Assembly: GCA_044892525.1 (NCBI GenBank)
Contig: CM097888.1
Coordinates: 49,104,001 to 49,168,000 of the forward strand
Reading direction: 5' to 3'
Origin: Schmidtea polychroa
Taxonomy: Eukaryota
DNA length: 64,000 nt
Shown: piece after piece, positions 12,601 through 24,600 of the stretch
Position numbering within the stretch: position 1 is the stretch's first letter
Layout of the letters: the number at the start of each line of letters is the position of its first letter
The notes under the pieces: model-generated
Databases searched by the model: none
Seen by the model: only the letters and a program-made list of their open reading frames with translations
Told to the model about the DNA's origin: nothing
Translations under genes and position numbers: made by a program

Positions 12601-15600
12601 TAATCACTATTTCACTAGAAAATCAATAAATCTAATTGATTATTTAAAATATTTATTAAAAAGGAATTGCTTAATGAAAGAATATTTTAATAAATATTTA
12701 TGTTTCAATCCAGTATCTGTCAACAGAAATGAACACAATTAAATAAATCAATTTTATTTTCTCAATTAACTATTTGTTTAAATTAATGTTTGTTTCTTCG
12801 TGTGAAAAAAATCTTTCAAAATATCATATATGGAAATTTTTATTCTTTATCCAATCAAATGACTTTAATTTTTAATTGATTCAAATAAAATATTTTTTTT
12901 CTTTTTTACTCAGAAACATTATAGAAACAGGTTTTTTAAATATCAAAAATGTAAACAAATTAAATAAATCTAAATCTCTGTAAACAAGTGTGAAGATTTA
13001 AATTAAACTCTTATTATATATTGTATTTTGAAAAAACAGTGCTAAAAATTTTAAAAATTTTTAAAAATTCGGTCCAACAAGGAAATAAGAAAATATGAAA
13101 TAGAAAATAAATACAAATAATACACAAATTATACACAATGAGAAAAGAAATCACAACAAAATTCTCAATGTTGTTTTTAAGTTTTGTAAGCTTTATCACT
13201 AAATATCCTCAAAATGGAAGTCATAAATTGACGTCTTAGAAACGTGTTCAGTATTCAAAACATAAGTCACATTTTTCAATTTACTTACTGAATAAAAGAC
13301 TATTTAAAGACGTTCGAAATATTTATGATAAACTATGCTGTCTCACTATCTAAAATCGTTTCCCCTTATTGGTATTGGAGGGAATTAAGAGAGCCGAGCT
13401 TGCTCTAAGGGAAGTAGTGGAGCCTTGGGAAGCAAAAAAGGGGCCGTGAAGTGCTAATATTTTTTAACCTTATAAAATATTCTAAAATCCTTAAATACCT
13501 AAAAATGTGATGATGACAATTTGATCTATTGCCAACATTTGGAAGCACTCCATATCGATTTCAATTAGAATAGGAATTGATTGAAATGTCCGCAACGAAG
13601 AATTAAAATTCAAATTCAAGAGTTCTGATTACAAAATCAGATCTGCACATTTTATCCTGGACTATAGGCTGCTGTAAGAAAGTTGTTGATTGCATTTCCG
13701 TCATCATACATGGTAGAACGTGATTTTAGTGAAGTTGTAGGTCTTATGACTAAAAATTGAACCTACTGCAAATAGTTGACCGCGGAGATTTACGAATGCT
13801 GCTGACCAAAATAGAGCCAAATATAGAAAAAATGAATGGCAAACCACCAGGCTCATCCATCGCATTAGAAATTAATTTAATTTTACTTTGATTCATTTAT
13901 TAATCTAAATATAGTGTTATATTTTATTTTAAAATAATAAATGATAAATACAAATTATTTATAGACATAGTATGTAGTATAACAAAAATAATTTATAAAT
14001 CGTTTTATAAACTATACAAAATGTAGGTATTTCATATTTAGAGCCCAAAGAAATCAAAGATTGAAAGAACTGCTTCATATTCACAGTATGAGGAAATATT
14101 TGAAAGACCTAAAAAACATTCTGCAGGTGAAACAGCTCAAAAACGCACCAGTCTACCATGTAATAAACTCAAAAGCTTATCCTTTCATCATACTTCAACT
14201 CCGGAAATTAGTGAGTTCTATTAAATTAAAATTTTAATTCTTTTCCAAAGCGAATTTAGAAACAACGATCATGAAGAGAAAATAACTTCTATATTACTTA
14301 TTAAAATTAAAATTTTTAAAATACAGTTTAAAATATCATATTGAAGCTGGATTTGAAATAAAAATACCGCCCCCCTCTTTATATCTATTGATTTTTATTT
14401 GTTGAACGTAATTAAATTGATTTATTAATTATTTACAATTTTAAATTCTTTCGCTTTAGCTGAAAATTTAAACAACTGAGGCGTGGTAATTATTAATATT
14501 GATATAACTATTGGTCATAAATATAACTGCTTTACTTAATTTTAATATACAAATTTAACACCAATATTATCTGATCACACTTATAATATTTAAACTATAT
14601 TTTTTTAAATAGGAATTTTGAAACTTATTACAATGACAAAGTTGTTGACATGCATCCTGTGACTTATTCATTAACTAATTAAATAAAAAATGCAAAAATT
14701 CAATGAAACATCCTCAGTTGATAGAATTTTATTTGGTTAATTAATTTTATTATCTCCGATGGTTTTTTGTAATCCTTAAAACCTTTCATTACAATATAAA
14801 GTTCAAGGTCTTCAGACTCTGCTGTCAACTTATATAAATACACTTATTACACTTATATAAATAATTGATCTTGTTGGACAATTCAGCGTACGAATTTGTA
14901 ACCGCAAGTATGTTAAGACAATGGTCCTCAGCCTGTAGTCTTTCTCGAGAAAATTAAGCATTTGAAAGTTTTAGGCGAGCCAAAGATAGCTTTTATTTTG
15001 AAAATATCAGCAACAATATGTAAAAGAAAACCAATAATATTACACTTACACTGCTTAATACAACTACTTATCTACTACAAATTAAATACAATCCAAGACA
15101 AACAAAACTTAATGATTAATGTGAAGACTGACAGTACATGTTTTCGGTGAGTTTATTGTACTCTGGTATATAAGGTGTTACAGCAAAAGTCAAAAACTTT
15201 GATAATAAGTGAGAAGGAATTTATGTGATGAAATCACAATCCCTTACAATTAGCATTCAATCAGCAAAGAATTTATTGAGATTTTTAATTAAATCACAAC
15301 TAGTACATCATTATTGTTTCCGTATAGTTTATGACATAGATTATGATGGCAGACTGATGATAAGAGTAATTTCCTTGAAATATGTTTATTTTTGTTTAAC
15401 TTTTTAGTGTTTATATATGTTTATATATATATTTAAACTATTTTATTTTCAAAAAATTTAAATACACAAGCCACGGGCAAAGAGTTGTGCACTGCTGAGT
15501 TTAGGTATAAAATACATCCTACATAATATTTTTAAATTCTCTCTTTATTTTCTTAACGATTTTATCATTTCCTTCAAGCTTTTCCAATCATACTTTTATT

Positions 15601-18600
15601 CAATGGTAAAAGTTCAAAGTTTTCTTTCATCAATAACTTTTTATTAAGGTTTACCTTTCTAAAGATAAATCACTTTGTTGAACAGTCCATTTGCACATCC
15701 TCTCACAATAATTTCAGAAAGATTGTTTTATCAATCCAGGTAGCGTCTTTAGAAGCAAAATAAGATGGTAGTCGTCATTAGTGAGTGTTGATTCAAACAA
15801 ACATGCTTCCGTTGTGAAAGGCAAAGCTGTAGAATTTGATGATCTATGAAAGTAGACTTCCAGCTTAGTTGCACTAAATATGCTATTTGGTAACCACCAT
15901 AATTATTACATTATATTTCATCATATATAACAAATAACTTGATGTTTATATACAAAAAGATCCCCTGAAATACACAATTTCAAGGGGATTTATTCTTCTA
16001 GAAATGTTTGAATTTAAATCTGTCGAAATTGTTTATAATGGTTTTTTTATTAAATTTATTAAATTTTAATTTTAAAAATAAATTTTAAATTTATTAAACT
16101 TATTTTAAATAGATATTTTTATTAAAAAAAATTTTTAATTCTTAAATTATTTTATTGTTTTGAATATTTTTTAATACGTTTGAAAAGAAATATATTTCAC
16201 AAGTATATATTAAATTTCAAGAGATTGAAATGAAATTTTTAAAAATAATTGGCTAATATATTTTTAAAAATTATTTTTTTTTTCAGAATATATAATTAAC
16301 AAGCTTTTTGAAAATAAATTTAGCATAAAACATAAAATGAAATTTAGTAAGGAAAATTCATTCAGATATTTATATCTGTTGTTAAAACAAAGAAATATTG
16401 CAAACCAAATATTTATTACACGTTTTAAGATCCTCTATGCCCTTAATACTCAAGAATCGAGAAATTACAGAATGTATTTTTTTGTAAAAATTAGGAGAAA
16501 TGTCGTTTTGAAATGATAAAATTGAATGTGCTCAGGTAAAATAATTCAATGCTTTGTATTAAGGTCTGAAGAAATACATATATCGAGGTTTGAAAGAGTA
16601 CCTCGGTGATTTTAAATCCATATGCGCGTTGCTATTATTATTAAATGACCAATTTTCATCAACAACTCAAGCAAATTATCCACATTTTTACTGAATTTGC
16701 AAAAGTAGATGATAAAGACTATAAAGACCATAGAGAACAATAAATTAGTTTTTTCCCCACATTTCTCTAATACTTAAATTCAAAAGTACTTTCGGGATTT
16801 TATCCATTTTATAATGATCATACTTGCATTAGATAAACAATATTACTAGTATTATTAATATTAATAGTACTATAACATTAAAAAAGGCAGTATGGAAAAT
16901 TTGTGTTTAATGGGAGAAAATGATGATCTATAGTTAAAAAACTAAATGAAGATAAATTAAATTCTAAAGTGAAAACATTTCAAATGCGAACTAAAAGATA
17001 TATAATTGTACAGAAAATATCAGATACATAAATGNNNNNNNNNNNNNNNNNNNNNNNNNNNNNNNNNNNNNNNNNNNNNNNNNNNNNNNNNNNNNNNNNN
17101 NNNNNNNNNNNNNNNNNNNNNNNNNNNNNNNNNNNNNNNNNNNNNNNNNNNNNNNNNNNNNNNNNNNNNNNNNNNNNNNNNNNNNNNNNNNNNNNNNNNN
17201 NNNNNNNNNNNNNNNNNNNNNNNNNNNNNNNNNNNNNNNNNNNNNNNNNNNNNNNNNNNNNNNNATAGACATTGATTATTAAAAAATAAATTGACTATGA
17301 ATCACTAAAGATATCGATGTTTATTTTTATATTCACGAATTTTCAACACAGCCTTTTTCAAGTGATTTACTCCTTACTTTAATATTTGTAAGGAGTCAAA
17401 ATTAAAATGTTAAATTAAAAATATTTCATTATTAAATTTTGTAAAATTAAAAGTGAAACTTAAATTATTTGAAATATATTAGAATTAAAATGGTTTAAAA
17501 TTAAAATGAATATGAACAGGTGTCCTCAGGATAGAACGCCTCAAAATATTTTATTCTTTATGAATCTTATGAAGCACTGACGACTGAAATTATGAATAAT
17601 AACTATTTGTTATTGAAATCATTAATGTCATCAACGGGATTGTAATTAATTAATTAATTATTTTGTATTTTTCTAGCGAACTCACGTATATTTTTAATCA
17701 TTATTCAACTTTTTGTTTACTGGCGAAAAATATTGATTTATGGATTTTTCAAATTTCTGCACTTAAATTTTGTTTTCAAATTTTGTGCTCTCAGAATTCA
17801 ATAAGCATTTGATTTTCTCATAATTTTTCGTGGCCAAAGTTTAAATTAAATCCAAGCCAATCGTATTATTTTATTAATAATTTAAACAAAAAAAATAATT
17901 ATTTTCCTAAATTTAAAAACCATAAATATTTTATGCGATCATGTGTTAAATTTTACGTTACAGTTTAATATTTCTATCACAATTTTTCAAATAATTATAA
18001 AAAATCTTTTCTTTATAGAAATGGTGACATTTGAGAAAATTTGTTGTAATCCGTCTTAATGTTATAAAATTTTGACATAAAATTTGTATTAAATCGTAGT
18101 AATAGTTAATAAATAAACAAATGTTACAAAATCGTAATAATAATAATTTTTGTTTTAATTATTGAGTTATATGTATGAAAAAGATAAGATAAATGATCGT
18201 TAAAAATTATAATTTAATTTAAACAAATTGTTTTTTTAAAATTATATTTAGACAGATTTTTATAAAACAAGTTAAATATTAATACAGTTATTAGAAATTA
18301 TTTGAATGATATTTTATCGAAAATATGAGCTGTATATGTATCATTTATTCAACGAGAATGTATCCAAATATATTTTCTAGAATATAATATTTAGGGTAAA
18401 AATATAATTTTTAATACATTAAAATCGATATTTTCTTTGAGTTTCTAGTTTATTTATAAATTTTTTTTAAAACAAGTATGCATAATTGTTGAGAAAAAAA
18501 GTATTTAATAAATTAAAACTAAAAAATTGACAAATTACTGTAATACAATATTTTTTAATTGAAAAAATTCGTTTGTTATTGGAGATGAAAAATTATAAAT

Positions 18601-21600
18601 ATTGTGAATGAAANNNNNNNNNNNNNNNNNNNNNNNNNNNNNNNNNNNNNNNNNNNNNNNNNNNNNNNNNNNNNNNNNNNNNNNNNNNNNNNNNNNNNNN
18701 NNNNNNNNNNNNNNNNNNNNNNNNNNNNNNNNNNNNNNNNNNNNNNNNNNNNNNNNNNNNNNNNNNNNNNNNNNNNNNNNNNNNNNNNNNNNNNNNNNNN
18801 NNNNNNNNNNNNNNNNNNNNNNNNNNNNNNNNNNNNNNNNNNNNNNNNNNNNNNNNNNNNNNNNNNNNNNNNNNNNNNNNNNNNNNNNNNNNNNNNNNNN
18901 NNNNNNNNNNNNNNNTCCAGCGCACTTTCAAGGTCATGGAATATCAAGATCAAATATAGACCAATCGAATCATTTATTTTTTAAATTAACATTTTATTTA
19001 ATTACTTCTTTTTAATTTTTCTTTTTAATTTTATTAATTAATTATTTTATGATGTTATATTTTAATTACTTACTTTATTTAATTTTTAATTTATTACATT
19101 TAATTAATTTATTAGTTTATTAATATTTTATTNNNNNNNNNNNNNNNNNNNNNNNNNNNNNNNNNNNNNNNNNNNNNNNNNNNNNNNNNNNNNNNNNNNN
19201 NNNNNNNNNNNNNNNNNNNNNNNNNNNNNNNNNNNNNNNNNNNNNNNNNNNNNNNNNNNNNNNNNNNNNNNNNNNNNNNNNNNNNNNTATATTTTAATTA
19301 CTTACTTTAGTTAATTTTTAATTTATTACATTTAATTAATTTATTAGTTTATTAATATTTTATTNNNNNNNNNNNNNNNNNNNNNNNNNNNNNNNNNNNN
19401 NNNNNNNNNNNNNNNNNNNNNNNNNNNNNNNNNNNNNNNNNNNNNNNNNNNNNNNNNNNNNNNNNNNNNNNNNNNNNNNNNNNNNNNNNNNNNNNNNNNN
19501 NNNNNNNNNNNNNNNNNNNNNNNNNNNNNNNNNNNNNNNNNNNNNNNNNNNNNNNNNNNNNNNTTTTATTATGTTTTTATTTTAGTTACTTACTTTAGTT
19601 AATTTTTAATTTATTACATTTAATTAATTAATTAGTTTATTAATATTTTATTTTAATTACTAACGTTATTTAATTATTATTATTATTATTATTTATTTAT
19701 TATTATTATTATTATTATTTATTTATAATTATTATTATTTTTTTATTATTTTTTTTTTATCACTAACTCCCTCCCAAATCGGTGGTAATTCTGTTATTGA
19801 CTGTAAAACATCCATTGATGTAGCCATATCATAAGGAAAAATGGTTTTACAAGTCATCATCTGCGATTCGAAAACATCTGAGGTCAGTGGAAGACATGGT
19901 AAATTTTTTGATAAATTTGCCAAGCTGCTATTTAAAAATTGTAAAGAATCAATGAATCTAATTCTTCTGCCTTTCGATGTCGCTGTAAGTGTGAGAAACT
20001 TTTCTGTTGATTGAGGAATAACATTTAAATTCCAATCAGGGAATTTTCCAATTGCATATTTTAATATATGATGAATGTCATATCCACGAAGATTATGAAA
20101 TACAACAGGTAAAGACGGATTGATTCTTCTAGTCAAGTTGCAATCTTGACATGCTGCTCCGAGATATTGACCAGTAAAATGATCATGATCTCGAACAGGT
20201 ATATTGATAATCTTTTTACAAAGGTAGCAATGTGTTTGAGTCGTGAATTCTTCCTGCTGTTCCCAAGTGAGTTCCATCATTTCCTTTGATCCATTAGTTT
20301 TATACCACGGATAAACTATGTCTGTAGCTATATCATCCAATGCTTGTATAAACTGAATGATACAGTTTTTCCCAACAAATGTTTCATTTCGGATCGGACA
20401 ACCTTGATGAAGAAGCACAAATTCAGATGCAATCGGCTCATGTTTTTGGAAGTGCTTGTCATCTAGAGGTAATATTGATTCAAAGTCCGCGTAGACAACA
20501 AACTGCTGTTTTATAGTTTTACTCCAGTCTTCAAATTCGATATATTTATTCTCTGGCATTGAGTATAGAGTCGTCCGCTCCACATTCTTCCTACAAAGAC
20601 CTATATGTCTTTCAAAAGCAGGACGTTTTTGAAACCCATGAAGACACGTATGACACCAATGTGATTGGATTCTGACTCCTTCTACTTTATCTCTGTAATT
20701 CAGCAGTCGATCGAGATTGGTTACAGCCAAAAAATGATAATTTAATTCTAAAATTTAGTTAATATTTTTAATGATTAAAAGAAATATTACCTTCTTCAAT
20801 CAATAAGAGATATATCTGAGATCCCGTCGAAGTACTTCTATATACCAAGTCAACGAACGGATTCTTGAAAATATCATTAGTTTTTTGTTTAATTGGATCT
20901 TTATTATATTTGAGAACATTGATCGCTAGATTTGGATTCATTGCTTCAAATTGGCAAATGTTAACCAACTTCATCGGAAACTAATCTGATTTCCATTTTA
21001 AGTCTTAAAAACAAAATTCAATGATTTATGACATTTATAAATATATATATTACCACTTAAGTTATATTTTGTTGTTCTTTCTCTATCCCGACGTATGTCA
21101 TCATAATGTAATACGGCCAGTATGCTATATAAAAAGCAGAATTGATCATTATTTTGAACATTAACTAAAGCCTGACAGTTTTTCAGGTAATTTGGCGTTT
21201 TAATGTAACTTGAACCTAAGTAAATATCTTGATTTATATATATATAATAATGTAAATAAACTTACCAGATACATGTATTATGTCTGATAATTTAGTTAAA
21301 ATCATAGTAACTTCTAATATTTTATGAATTCTCCACCCACTACTTTGTTGAGTGTATTTCTCCAACTTTTCTTTTAATTTTTCAATTCCATCATTAATAA
21401 ATGAAGATGACATTGTAATTGCTTTATTCGACAAACACCATTTTTTAATTTCACCATCCTCTTTGATAAACTCTGCACAAAGTCCAAATTGGATTTTTAC
21501 TGTACCCATTCGTTGAATATGATCTTCTATTTCTTTGATGAGACAATCTGGAACAACAATGTCAGGAGAATTAATTGCAGATACATCGCTTGTCAATTCA

Positions 21601-24600
21601 ACACGAGAACCATTTAAGTCAGACTCCCGGCGTGGACACAATTGTATGTTAGAGTAAGTAATTAAAATATAACATCATAAAATAATTAATTAATAAAATT
21701 AAAAAGAAAAAAAAAATAAATAGAAGTAATTAAATTAAATTTAAATTAAAAAATAAATAAATTAATTAAAAAAAAAATAAAAATAAAATAAAAATAAAAA
21801 TAAATAATAATAAAGCGTAAGTAATTAAAATAAAATATTAATAAACTAATAAATTAATTAAATGTAATAAATTAAAAATTAAATAAAGTAAGTAATTAAA
21901 ATATAACATCATAAAATAATTAATTAATAAAATTAAAAAGAAAAATTAAAAAGAAGTAATTAAATAAAATGTTAATTTAAAAAATAAATGATTCGATTGG
22001 TCTATATTTGATCTTGATATTCCATGACCTTGAAAGTGCGCTGGAGTCCTTACTACATACTACTTAATAATAATAATAATTTTCTTATACCTGTCGATTT
22101 TTTATAACTTTCTGTAAAAGCTTTTACTACTCAATAGATCTATATCAAACAATATTCAAGTATTATATCCTTCTACAGTGGTGGACATAGGTTTAACGGC
22201 ACCTATTTCAAATTAGAAATTTATTAAATAGCAATTAGCAATCAATTTAAAAGTTAATAAGCATATTGGAGCAGTTATCAGTTCTTATTATGTAATCCTT
22301 TAGCCTTGATGACAGCATCAATCCTTGTTAGCATAGAATCCACTAGACTACATCAATTAGCAGGAGTAATTTCTGTTGACTAAACCTCCTGTATTTTCAG
22401 TTTTAAATCAGACGCAGATGATAACTTCTTAGCTTAAACTTTATTTTACAATTGTGTCCAGCAATTTTCAATTGGGTTAGATTTAGAGATGATCAAACCC
22501 AGCATTCCATTCACAGGAATATAGTGTTCAATGAGCCACTTTTTCACAACCTTTGCTGAGTGGAATGAAGCTGTCATGAAGCAGATGGGTGACAGATGAT
22601 GACAAACTACTCTTACATAATTAACTTTTTTTCAATTTTCACCTCTGATTTCGTTTCAATTGACATTAAAAAGCTTGGCTATGAATCAGTAAATAAATCC
22701 AAAAAACATCGATATATTTACTGATTCATAGTCAGGCTTTGTAATAAATACAATAATTAACATCATAAATATATCAATATGTAATGTCAATGTCAATCAC
22801 ATGCGTAACTTCGTTTATTACATTCAGCTGAATTGCTTTAATGTGATTATATTATATGCAGAAAGAAATATAAATATTAAATCATTTATTGCTTCTTTAT
22901 TTAGATTTAGTATCTGCAAATGATGAGGACCTAACAGAAAGTGAAAGAAACAACGAATCATATCAACAACAAATAACACCAGAATACCAAGAAGTTAAAA
23001 ATCGCTATTTGCAAGACTCTACTTTCGGTAAATCTAAATCTCGACGTCATAATTTACAAAATTCTCTTTTCGATAACAAATCACAACCTCCTTCAGAATC
23101 GGCCAACTCTCGAGAAACTGCTTCATACAGCATGCAATACCAAAGGTATCCCAATTATCTTAACTTTACAGATCATGAACGAGATGGGTCTCAGTACAAC
23201 GACTATCAAACCGAAGACGATTATAATTTTCCTTTAGTTGACGACATTATCAATTCCAGCCAATCATCTGAAGAGGAATACGCAACCTATGAAAAGAATT
23301 CACAATTTAATGACAACGAAAATCATTTTAATCAAAACTCAGATTTCCCATTATTAGAAGAAATTCTCGATGATCAAGGTTCTCCTCCTAACAATACCAG
23401 AGAAACCGAATTAGAGAATAAAGATGCTGATTTTCACACTTATCCGAATTCCACATTTAAACCCGATTATAATTACAACAAACAGGCTGAAATTTCTGTT
23501 AATTATGACAATTTTGATAGGCATAATACTTTGATGGCCTACTATGACCAGTGTGACAGTCAATTTGAAGATTATTTTTATTCAGAAGAAGAGTTTCGTG
23601 CAATTGAAAACTTTCAGATCTACAACAATGAACTCATCCGTCGGAGCATCAATGAAGAAAATTATTTTAATAGAGCAATTGAGCAATCCGACACCGATAG
23701 TGACATAGCTAAATTTGCTGCTACTATAGCCAACGATACAGCTCATTTAACCTATCAGACTTTCAATTATGATGAAGAGCTTTCAAATGCTTATCAAACC
23801 ACTTCGGACTTTCAAAACCCAGAGCAGAATAATGCCATAACTGATCAAAATTCAATGTTATCTCTTAATCCTACACCGGCCTTATTAAGCACAGAACAAT
23901 ATATTTTTCAAAAATCTGTTTTATCCCCTATTCAGGATCTTTCTCCAAATTCATCCAGAGCGGAAGNNNNNNNNNNNNNNNNNNNNNNNNNNNNNNNNNN
24001 NNNNNNNNNNNNNNNNNNNNNNNNNNNNNNNNNNNNNNNNNNNNNNNNNNNNNNNNNNNNNNNNNNNNNNNNNNNNNNNNNNNNNNNNNNNNNNNNNNNN
24101 NNNNNNNNNNNNNNNNNNNNTGTTTCCTCTAAAAGAGAACTTATAAAATGTGATCATGACTCAGATGAAGAATGTCCATGGTGCTATCGTGATTCTTCGA
24201 GTAATGCTTCAAAGGATAATAATTTTTCCTCCTCCATATCATCTTCTCCATTGTCTTCTAAATCTTCTTCCAATTCTTCGTTGTCGTCTAATGAAACTGT
24301 AAATCATAAATCGAAATCACAACTAAAACGATGTCAAAACTATGAGAACATTAGCGGCCTGTCAGAGTCTGCCAGTGCTGACACTCTTGAAGACAATAAT
24401 TCGATTCAAGAAATGATAACCGACGATAATTCTGAACAACCAGTTCAAAGTAACAAACCGAATGAGCTTAAAAAGGTATTTTGTTTATATTATTAATTTA
24501 AATTATTTTTTATGCTACTTACAAATCTCAGTAGATAATATATGTATAAATTAGACATGAATGTTATATTAACTATTTTATTAAATGTGACATGTTGGTG

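Noticed and set aside
15600-15900. Minus-strand 'ASKDATWIDKTIF' as a pogo DDE remnant
   Set aside because: A single short motif among many stops; too weak to call.
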